64,000 bases of DNA from contig JAADVB010000083.1 in assembly GCA_023334545.1 (NCBI GenBank), positions 1-64,000 on the forward strand. Reading direction: 5' to 3'. Shown piece by piece: positions 12,033 to 21,940 of this stretch. A program made the translations under genes and the position numbers. This stretch comes from Salisapilia sapeloensis CBS 127946 (lineage: Eukaryota; Protista; Oomycota). Each line of letters opens with the position of its first letter. The stretch's first letter is position 1. Below the pieces are notes generated by a model. It did not search any database and was not told where the DNA came from. It saw nothing but the letters and a program-made list of their open reading frames with translations.

Positions 12033-12126
12033 GACGGCCGATGCGTTTAAATGTATAGGAATTGGCGCGTTCCGGTGGAATGGATGCATTTGACCTATAT
12101 TTATACATTTATTTCAAATATGGCCC

Positions 12127-12142
12127 ATTTAATTAATTAAAT
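12127..12142. promoter_or_regulatory. 16-bp perfect AT-only palindrome in the HIRA / PH-protein bidirectional promoter
   Basis: ATTTAATTAATTAAAT is its own reverse complement and lies in an AT-rich patch of the 165-bp divergent gap. Confidence 0.45.
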
Positions 12143-12197
12143 TTAATAATATACACTATTTGGAAAGTACATTATCATTTTGTACATTTTGGAGAGC

Positions 12198-13058
12198 ATG
12201 GGGAACTTGAACTGCGTGCAGCAATGCCAGGAGCACGTAGAGACTCAAAAGAGAATTGCAGAGCTCCAGGAAGGTTGGTAGCAGTGGCTTGTGTATGGAA
12301 AAATAAGAGAGGATGAGATAAATATTGAAATAGGAAGTGAATTTGCAAGAAAGAAGCATGTCATGGGATTTGCATCTGGCACGGAACAAGTTCTTCTCTG
12401 GCTAAACGACGATACCTCCACGTACATATTGGATAGAATACCAGTAATTGCGCGGATTGGATTGTAGTAGTAAATGGACGAGTGTAGACTCAAGTGGAAA
12501 TGTAAAGATGGAGATACAAGCGAGGTGACTGATATTCGGTTGGAAGAGATCGACAAAATCAAATCACAAGGTAGGAAAAACTTCTGACAATTCCTCTGCT
12601 ATATCTATCTTTCCTATACATGATCTAATCGACGTAACTCGATGGTCGATTGGGCAGGTGATACCGAATGGAGTATGGTGACAGCAAAGGGAGAGCTACT
12701 AATCGATCTACAAGCATCATCAACGGAAGAAAGAGACGCATGGGTAGCTATTCCTTTCAAAGTTTCCATATCGGCAATTATTTTCTTATATGTGCACTAG
12801 GTGCGTGATGTACGACTACTCAGTGATGGCCAGCAGCCTGTTGGCGAATCCGAAGCCGCAGAAGAGAAGGCTGTGTCTGGATGGTCACTTCGAGGCAAAG
12901 TGGAGGAAAGAAATCGGCATCAAACATACTGGTCACAACGTGCACAGGAGCTGGAAGATCGTCAGAAGGAAGCAGAGGAACGAAAGAAGCAGCTTTCTGG
13001 TGTCGGTATGAAGTACACTGCCATCGCGATGAGCAAACGTGATTCGGAATCAACATGA
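12198..13058 (+). CDS. Small PH-fold-like protein with a predicted N-myristoylation/palmitoylation N-terminus, multi-exon
   Basis: Reconstructed from short exons: MGNLNCVQQCQEHVETQKRIAELQEG|SEFARKKHVMGFASGTEQVLLWLNDDTST...GDTEWSMVTAKGELLIDLQASSTEERDAW|VRDV...GMKYTAIAMSKRDSEST*. LQA.S.EERDAW resembles the PH C-terminal helix. First intron is 12274-12333. Confidence 0.7.
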
Positions 13059-13176
13059 AAAAACTTATTCTACCCTTTATATATCTAGAACCGTTATTCA
13101 TAAGCATGTTGTTGCCACATAGTCTCTGCGACTCTTGGAGCAGTCCTTGGTAGCATTTTCATACCCCTTACTAGAC

Positions 13177-14439
13177 ATGGCAAGCGAAACACCAGAAACA
13201 AAAGGGAAGGTTGCGATTCATGTATTTGACGAGTACAGGAAGCAAGCGAAAGACTTTAGCTGTTCTCGAGACCTTTTATTAAGCAAGATGAAATACTTCC
13301 AGGCATATCTAAACGAAGCGAATATTCATGACGAGATCGACATCTCGGTTGATTGTGATGTCGAAGTCTTTGCGTGGTTAGTCGAGTATATGCATCAAAG
13401 CAACGATGAATGGCAATCGAAAATATCACTTGATAATGTTGCACCGATACTAGTATCCTCCGAGTTCTTACAAATGGAAGAACTCGTGAATGGCTGCATA
13501 GCATTCATCGTGTCGAATTTACAACAATTTGTCCAGCTTCGTGTCGACTTGAGCTGCTTGTCGGACATAGCAGTATCCAAACTTGCAGACCAGTGCTCAC
13601 CAGTGGCCGTGCGGAAGATGTACGACCGAAAGGATAAGATAAAGACCAAACTCCAGAGAAAGCAAGTGGATGCAATGCTAAAGGTGTTGGACGGAAATCT
13701 ACAATTTTGCACCAAGTGCGAACAATTATTTCTGATGACGACTGTCGAGGACACTCATTGTTATCAAGGTGTCCGTCGGATCAATGTGCGTGGAGACCTT
13801 GTAGCTCGACATGAAGCGAAACCACATTGGAGTAGTAGTGCTTTTGTGAAAGAAGTGATGGAAAGCAAAAGTCTTTCATGGGGTGTTGTCTACTGGTACA
13901 TTTGGGCTGCTACGCGTTGCAGTCAATGCAAGGAATGCGGTAAGACGTATAGTTTACTAGAGCTGCATGGGTGTGCCTACCACTACGGTAGTATTGAAGG
14001 CCGTGGTCGTGAAGCCAAATATACTTGTTGTGGTGCACGAGGGTTTAGTAGTGACGAAAGCGAGGTACGAGGATGCACGCTGCAGGACCACGTACCGGAT
14101 CGATTGGAACAAGGTGACGTCAAGGAAATTTGGACGTATATTCACGAGAGCGGACTCATGGACGAGGTCAAAGAGCAATCGGGAGCAAGTGTACAGATCG
14201 ATTTTTTCAGTGACAAGAGAAAACATGATGGGCCACGAAGTCGGCTGCACAAGGAATCTTTAGGTGTCGACTCCGAGCAAGGAAAGAGTAAATCGGCAAA
14301 TAGGAGAGCTTCTTCCGCTGCACTTCCAGGATCACCTCGTCGAGAAAAGCAATTCAAGGCGTTGAAGCTTCAGGAAAGAGACGCCGTGCGTACGAAAGAG
14401 CTCATGCAACGACTGATCCAACTGCGTGTGGACACCTAA
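13177..14439 (+). CDS. SANBR: SANBR/KIAA1841-like protein (DUF3342 BTB-like domain + Cys/His-rich C-terminus)
   Basis: IHVFDE...KDFSCSRDLLLSKMKYF...IDISVDCDVEVFAWLVEY and NVAPILVSSEFLQMEELV are the DUF3342 signature; followed by CxxC..H and C..C..YH..CCG clusters. Confidence 0.8.
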   Translation: MASETPETKGKVAIHVFDEYRKQAKDFSCSRDLLLSKMKYFQAYLNEANIHDEIDISVDCDVEVFAWLVEYMHQSNDEWQSKISLDNVAPILVSSEFLQMEELVNGCIAFIVSNLQQFVQLRVDLSCLSDIAVSKLADQCSPVAVRKMYDRKDKIKTKLQRKQVDAMLKVLDGNLQFCTKCEQLFLMTTVEDTHCYQGVRRINVRGDLVARHEAKPHWSSSAFVKEVMESKSLSWGVVYWYIWAATRCSQCKECGKTYSLLELHGCAYHYGSIEGRGREAKYTCCGARGFSSDESEVRGCTLQDHVPDRLEQGDVKEIWTYIHESGLMDEVKEQSGASVQIDFFSDKRKHDGPRSRLHKESLGVDSEQGKSKSANRRASSAALPGSPRREKQFKALKLQERDAVRTKELMQRLIQLRVDT

Positions 14440-14556
14440 TGTAGCCATTAAACTTCCGTTTAACTTCAAATGAGACGGTCCATTTAAAGCATCTTACTTT
14501 TACTATCGGTCCAACCTTTGTCCATCAACCACGAAAGCAGACAACGAATTATCATA

Positions 14557-15444
14557 ATGTGGACGACGCGAGCTCGAGATGCCTTGGTGCGATGCCAAGT
14601 CGGTAACTTGCGTATATCTGCTGTGATGGCTAAGTCCACTACGTATGAAATGGCAAACCGGTGGAAATTGCCAACTGTGAGTGAAACTAGCCGAGTATGG
14701 GGCGAATATATGGCTGGCACGACGATGCTCAGCTCTTTTTTTAAAAGCGAAGAACGGATGAAAGTTTCTGTTCGTACACCTGAGATCGAGGACATGTTCA
14801 TCGAAGCCATGGCTTTAGGTGAAGTGCGCGGCAAAGGCCAGCTTGTAGATAGCAGCACGCCAGCTACATCGATTGTCGACCAAGGTCGAATGCACGTATC
14901 TAAAGTCTTGTATGGAGCGGCTACCCCGTACGAGACAACCATACCAGCAACAGGCAACGCTCAAAAGGATTGGCAGACATTCTACGACATGTCAGAACAG
15001 GTTCCAACGATCATTCATCTCGATAGTGCTCTCCAGGAAGATAAAGACGACGTCTTCTTACACTGTTGTGGCGTCACGATCCAGCAGATGCCTCATGCAG
15101 ATGTACCAGACGAACACACATACGCTTTGGACGACCTACTAGTGCACAAATACCCTCTAGCAGCTGCGGACGTGCAACAGAATGGACATTTAGTCGACTA
15201 CCTAAATGAAGTCATTCCGAAAGCAGACTTGACAGCCGACAAGTGTCGTCGCATACCCGTCGACTACTTCTGTCGGTGCTCGAAACAAGGTTTTGGAGCT
15301 CGGCTACAAGGACTCGGCACCGCAGCCTTGTCAGATGTGATCGACCAAGCCATGAGCGAAGGCATTAACCTCACATGCCAGTTCTGCAACGCAAACTACG
15401 CCTTTTCACTATCCGAACTGAATGACCTCCGTGCATCGGATTAA
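14557..15444 (+). CDS. hslO: Hsp33-family redox-regulated chaperone
   Basis: C-terminal zinc centre FCRCS (15271-15279) ... CQFC (15376-15387); N-terminal RDALVR..., VSKVLYG...PY and G..IQ.MP elements fit Hsp33. First in-frame ATG is 14557 (the ORF track start is a TTG). Confidence 0.85.
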   Translation: MWTTRARDALVRCQVGNLRISAVMAKSTTYEMANRWKLPTVSETSRVWGEYMAGTTMLSSFFKSEERMKVSVRTPEIEDMFIEAMALGEVRGKGQLVDSSTPATSIVDQGRMHVSKVLYGAATPYETTIPATGNAQKDWQTFYDMSEQVPTIIHLDSALQEDKDDVFLHCCGVTIQQMPHADVPDEHTYALDDLLVHKYPLAAADVQQNGHLVDYLNEVIPKADLTADKCRRIPVDYFCRCSKQGFGARLQGLGTAALSDVIDQAMSEGINLTCQFCNANYAFSLSELNDLRASD

Positions 15445-15486
15445 ACAAACGAAAGAGAATGTATTCATAAGTCAAGCAGTATCCTC

Positions 15487-17281
<1,795 letters not shown>

Positions 17282-17289
17282 CTACTCTG

Positions 17290-17560
17290 ACTGTCGCTTT
17301 GATTCTTTCGTGCTTTTCACCTTGAAGTGGATATTTTCATTTATACAAGTTACATCTTACGTTACCACATTTTTACTTCTGATATGTATACTTTTATGTT
17401 CTTTTCATTGGTGTATAAACATAATCCAGCATTTGATTCGACAATAGGTGAAATTAAAACTACACTTCTACCTCTTTGTAAGATGTATAAGACAAAGTAT
17501 TGCTTGACAGAATAAATTGCCTTCAAACGTAAATTACAAACACGTAGCTCGAAACCAACA
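17290..17560. promoter_or_regulatory. AT-rich divergent promoter region between VPS4 and GMP synthase
   Basis: Visibly much more AT-rich than the flanking CDSs; non-coding gap between head-to-head genes. Confidence 0.5.
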
Positions 17561-17601
17561 ATTTGGTGAAGCCATTTAGCAATCTACTTGATCCAGCCAA
17601 C

Positions 17602-19182
17602 ATGTCGGACCCTTCGCCTGTAACCGATCGTCGCCAGATTGCCATCCTCGACTTTGGCTCTCAATACAGTCACTTGATTGCTCGTCGAGTCCGAGAGCTC
17701 CATGTTTTCTGTGAACTCTACTCGTGCCTGGTCGAAGCCGAGGAGCTCCAGCAGCATAAGCTGAATGGCATCATCCTGTCTGGCAGTCCACACTCGGTCT
17801 TTGAAGAGAACTCGCCGCACGTGAAAGACTCTGTTTGGAAGCTCATCAAGGACGAGAACCTTCCAGTCCTTGGTATTTGCTACGGACTGCAGGAACTCGC
17901 GTACACTTTCAATGGCCAAGTCGCTGCTTGCGAACGTCGTGAGTATGGAAAAGCGACGGTTATTAAGAACGGTGCTGACTGCCACGGTCTTCTGAACGGT
18001 CTGCCTGATGAGTTCCAAGTCTGGATGAGCCATGGCGACAAGCTGACCGCTAAGCCCGATGGATTTGAGACGATTGCGCATACCGAAAGCTCTCCTTTCG
18101 TTGCGATCGTAAACGGATCTCGTCGCTTCTACGGCATCCAGTTCCACCCGGAAGTCACCCACACGCCACTAGGCAAGGACTTGCTCAAGAACTTTGTCGT
18201 AGACATCTGCAAGTCTGCCACGAACTGGGATATGCATGACATTGCCGGCGCCTTCATCGAAGAAGTGAGGCAGACGGTTGGTCCCAACGGACACGTTATT
18301 GGTGCCGTGTCCGGCGGTGTCGACTCGTCTGTTGCTGCCGTGCTGTTGCAAAAGGCACTTGGCGACCGCTTCCACGCCGTCCTGATCGACAACGGACTCC
18401 TCCGTCAGGATGAAGCCAAGACGGTTGTCCAGCGTCTCGGAGACAAGATGCAGATCAACCTCCACTGCATCGACGCGTCTGACCGTTTCCTCAAGGCTTT
18501 GGAAGGTGTGACTGAGCCAGAACAGAAGCGTAAGACGATTGGTAACCTCTTCATCGATCTTTTCCAGGAAGAAGCGAAGCGCATTGGATCCGTCGACTAC
18601 TTGCTCCAGGGCACTCTCTACCCGGATGTGATTGAAAGTATCTCGTACAAGGGTCCGTCCGCGACGATCAAGACGCATCATAACGTCGGCGGACTTCCGG
18701 AGAAGATGGACTTGAAGCTCATTGAGCCCCTGCGCGAGTTGTTCAAGGACGAAGTCCGACAGTTAGGCCAGGCACTCGGCATTGATGAAGAGAGTGTGTG
18801 GCGTCACCCGTTCCCTGGTCCAGGTCTCGCGATCCGTGTGCTTGGCGAGATTACCAAGGAGAGCTTGGACACGCTTCGTCAGGCCGATGCGATCTTCTTG
18901 GAGGAATTGAGCAAGAGTGGACACTACAAGACGACCGGCCAGGCGTTCTGTGTGCTCTTGCCAGTCAAGTCGGTCGGCGTCATGGGCGACGGACGGACGT
19001 ATGAAAAGGTCGTTGCGATCCGAGCGGTGAGCACGTCGGATTACATGACGGCGGACTGGTACCACATGCCGTACGAGGTGCTCGGCCGCATGTCGAACCG
19101 TATTATCAACGAGGTGCGTGGTGTGAACCGGGTGGTGTATGACATTTCGTCCAAGCCGCCTGCGACGATTGAATGGGAGTAG
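17602..19182 (+). CDS. guaA: GMP synthase (glutamine-hydrolysing), intronless
   Basis: IAILDFGSQYSHLIARRVRE, PVLGICYGLQ (GATase Cys), GIQFHPEV (His-Glu), SGGVDSSVAA (P-loop), IKTHHNVGGLP, RHPFPGPGLAIR and C-terminal YDISSKPPATIEWE. Confidence 0.98.
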   Translation: MSDPSPVTDRRQIAILDFGSQYSHLIARRVRELHVFCELYSCLVEAEELQQHKLNGIILSGSPHSVFEENSPHVKDSVWKLIKDENLPVLGICYGLQELAYTFNGQVAACERREYGKATVIKNGADCHGLLNGLPDEFQVWMSHGDKLTAKPDGFETIAHTESSPFVAIVNGSRRFYGIQFHPEVTHTPLGKDLLKNFVVDICKSATNWDMHDIAGAFIEEVRQTVGPNGHVIGAVSGGVDSSVAAVLLQKALGDRFHAVLIDNGLLRQDEAKTVVQRLGDKMQINLHCIDASDRFLKALEGVTEPEQKRKTIGNLFIDLFQEEAKRIGSVDYLLQGTLYPDVIESISYKGPSATIKTHHNVGGLPEKMDLKLIEPLRELFKDEVRQLGQALGIDEESVWRHPFPGPGLAIRVLGEITKESLDTLRQADAIFLEELSKSGHYKTTGQAFCVLLPVKSVGVMGDGRTYEKVVAIRAVSTSDYMTADWYHMPYEVLGRMSNRIINEVRGVNRVVYDISSKPPATIEWE

Positions 19183-19280
19183 ACTGCATGTTGTCAGAGC
19201 GCGATAGAGCTTGGAATGGACAAATGCATTTTCTTTTTTAATTTGGGAATTCGCTCCTCTTGCGTCATGCACCTCGCTCG

Positions 19281-19873
19281 TCACTGCATTCCCTTGTAGA
19301 GTAGTGAATCAATCCAACTCGAATGATTAGTCAGAGCATCCTGTAGCGATGCATCGTCCTCGGTATCTTTGCCGAATACCAGCTGGAGCCTGACAACTCT
19401 TTCTTCCCACGTTCCGGTAGAGACGGTCTCTGCACCTAGTAGCAATCTCAGGGAAGACACTCCAATGATATCCAAGGAAGCAGGAACAGGGTAGTTGAGA
19501 TACGACGCTACTAGCGAATAGAAATAGACAAGCAATCGACTGGCCCACTAGAACTGACTCTCTACATGCCCAAGAGTTCCGTTTCATGATCTCAAGGTTG
19601 ACAAGTACATCATGCTTCCAAAGATCTCATACAGACGAGACATTTGCAATTGACTGGCGCTTGAAGTCAAGTGCGAACATATCCACTTCTCCTGTCATCC
19701 ACGCATTTCCACTACGACTTCACCTGCATTTCAAATCCAAAAAGATAACTAGATGCAAGTACGTGCACGGACGCTTCTCTCCAGTACCACGAAAGTATGT
19801 TGAAAAGATATTCTGTCTGGCTGGAGAAGAAAATTGATGGCTTTTATTTCGCTTACAAGCCGTCTCCGGACAT
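19281..19873 (-). CDS. Hypothetical small protein, probably 4 short introns
   Basis: ATG at 19873, GTAAGC donor; a consistent GT-AG splice path gives MSGDGLQNIFSTYFRGTGEKRPCTGNAWMTGEVDMFALDFKRQSIANVSS..IMKRNSW..SYLNYPVPASLDIIG...SWIDSLLYKGMQ*. The splice model is not unique. Confidence 0.45.
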
Positions 19874-19930
19874 CAAAGGGTAATAGAAAAAGAATTGAAT
19901 CGGTTCCGTTGCTTCGTTCCAACTAGGCGC

Positions 19931-20959
19931 TTAGACAGATCCTTCCACCACACCGGCGCGAGTCGAGTTCTTCTTGGTTTCCGTCGACTCGATAACCTCT
20001 TCCTCTTCCTCCTCGTTACCAGATGACGAGTCACCATCCTCTTCCTCGCTCTCTTCGCCAGCCTGCGTGGTCTTGATCTCGAGCTCATCGTCGCTGCTCT
20101 CGAGCTCGTCGTTCGAAGGAGCGTCTTCGTCACGTCCCTCTTCCACGTCCTTTGCGGTCTCCTCCTCCTGCTGCTTGCTGCGGTTGGTGAAGGCGACGGC
20201 GATGGCAGCCATCACGGCAGCAGCACCAGCAATTCCACCAGCGATCGTAGCAGGGTTCTCAATCACAGAGTTGGCCTTCTCTTCATCCTTATCCTCGGTC
20301 GAAGCCTTCGTGGCCGTCTCGTGCGTAGTAGCCTCTGCCGCCTCCGTGGTCTCAGCCTTAGCTTCCTTGGGCTCCTCGACCTTTTGCTCGACCGGGTCCT
20401 TGACATTGACGTTCACATCGACGTTTCCGTCGCTACCGTAGTGAACACGAATGATGGACGGACCATCGACCTCGAGTTCCTCATCGATGCTTTCGTTCGG
20501 GCCGATGTCAAAGTCCTGGTAAATGTCTCCGGAGCCAGAGTAGTCCATGCTCATGGAGCCTTCAAAGTCCTCAATCTCGACGTCTTCCATTTCAGATCCT
20601 TCGAGGGAAGAATCAATCCTGTAGGACGCGTCTTCCGTAGACGACCAGTCCGCGTACACGGCGTCACCGACGGCCGTAGCTTCCATCTGAGACCCAAAGT
20701 CACCATCAGCTTCCACATCCCCCGAAGACGAGACGTCGACATCCCCGTCCGTGACGTCGTAGCTTTCTTCCTCAGGAGTCTCCTCGGCTGTAGCCGGGAC
20801 CGCATCCACCGAGTCGTGAGACTTGTGGTGATGGTGACGGTGATGGTGCTTGTGGTGCTTGTGGGGGTGGCTTTCATAGTCAAACTGCTGCTTAGCGTCC
20901 ACTGCCACGACGAGGGCTGCTGCCAAGACGATCGCCTTCAGTCCTGTACGTAAAACCAT
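19931..20959 (-). CDS. Predicted type I membrane protein: signal peptide, His-rich tract, acidic ectodomain, one TM helix, acidic tail (342 aa)
   Basis: MVLRTGLKAIVLAAALVVAVDA signal; HPHKHHKHHHRHHHHKSH; D/E/S-rich body; TM IAGGIAGAAAVMAAIAVAF; E-rich C-terminal tail. GC-rich third codon positions support coding. Confidence 0.8.
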   Translation of the reverse strand: MVLRTGLKAIVLAAALVVAVDAKQQFDYESHPHKHHKHHHRHHHHKSHDSVDAVPATAEETPEEESYDVTDGDVDVSSSGDVEADGDFGSQMEATAVGDAVYADWSSTEDASYRIDSSLEGSEMEDVEIEDFEGSMSMDYSGSGDIYQDFDIGPNESIDEELEVDGPSIIRVHYGSDGNVDVNVNVKDPVEQKVEEPKEAKAETTEAAEATTHETATKASTEDKDEEKANSVIENPATIAGGIAGAAAVMAAIAVAFTNRSKQQEEETAKDVEEGRDEDAPSNDELESSDDELEIKTTQAGEESEEEDGDSSSGNEEEEEEVIESTETKKNSTRAGVVEGSV

Positions 20960-21237
20960 CTTCTTCGAGCACAATAAGATCTGGAAGGAGCTGGGCGAGT
21001 TCGGAAATGAGTTGGGTAATGAACCTAGAATCCACCGCTGGCGTCTCTTATAAAAAAACAGTGGATATGGAAAATGACAAAGCGGGAGTCCTTCACTTTC
21101 AAAATCATCTTGCTCTTCTTTGTACACAGCCCGGATTTGGCATTAACCCAAAAAAGTGAACCCATGGACATGCTTAAGTAGAAATAGATACAAAGTGGAC
21201 GCGTTTTTATTGCACGGGGTAGGGCACAGCACCATAA

Positions 21238-21246
21238 TGATTGGCT
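21238..21246. promoter_or_regulatory. CCAAT box (TGATTGGCT) in the divergent region upstream of acpS
   Basis: Matches the reverse complement of AGCCAATCA; a further ACCAAT lies about 15 bp downstream. The CCAAT box is an established eukaryotic/oomycete core promoter element. Confidence 0.45.
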
Positions 21247-21355
21247 ATTCGTTGCACTCGACCAATTTTGTCAATCAGACTTGATCGGTAGCTTTATTCT
21301 TCCCGGTGTGGAGCTATCTTTTCGCTTCGAGGAAAATAGTGAGCTAGTATCTCCG

Positions 21356-21897
21356 ATGAAGACGTTGATGGGGATTGGAGTCGATGTAGCATTTGTACCA
21401 AGATTTGAGCGGTTACTAGATCGTTATGGGCAGAGATTTCTAGAGAGAGCATATCACGTGGAAGAAATTTCGCACTTGAAAGCCATGTCCGAGTCGCAAC
21501 GTCCACTCTTTCTTGCGTCCAGGTTCGATCCATACGAGGTCGCGAATAACATGAGTTGAAACGTAGAGAGCGTAGGTGGGCAATGAAAGAAGCTACGTAT
21601 AAAGCATTCCAGCACTATCGGATCCCATTTCCTGATATACACGTCCGGAAGGTTAAAAATCCACCTCCAACGCACGTCCAGGCACTGCTACCTCCATCCA
21701 ATACGACAGCTCTAGAGCTCATGTTCACTGGAGACACAGCTTCCATCGCCAAGGAGCTCCAGATACGGGTAGTTCCTCTACTTCCGACCCTGCCAACCGA
21801 CATCTAACGTATAAAGTAGGAAAAGTATGTATCCATCTCGCACGACAAAGACTATGCCGTCGCGTACGTCGTGCTGATGCAAGAATCTCCACTATAA
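21356..21897 (+). CDS. acpS: AcpS-type 4'-phosphopantetheinyl transferase (holo-ACP synthase), 3 exons
   Basis: MGIGVDVAFVPRFERLL, FLASR|WAMKEATYKAF and VSISHDKDYAVAYV are AcpS family motifs; two short introns restore them; stop TAA at 21895-21897. Confidence 0.92.
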
Positions 21898-21940
21898 ATT
21901 GGATACAAAGCTTCTCTTATTACGAATTATTCACACGTGT

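Noticed and set aside
19183-19280. ATGA-containing hairpin downstream of the UGA-containing small gene as a SECIS candidate
   Set aside because: No properly spaced GA/GA quartet with an 11-14 bp helix and apical AA could be built by eye.
17584-19284. Long antisense ORFs over GMP synthase (192, 170 and 173 aa)
   Set aside because: They are shadows of the strongly biased, GC3-rich codon usage of the sense gene, with no motifs of their own.
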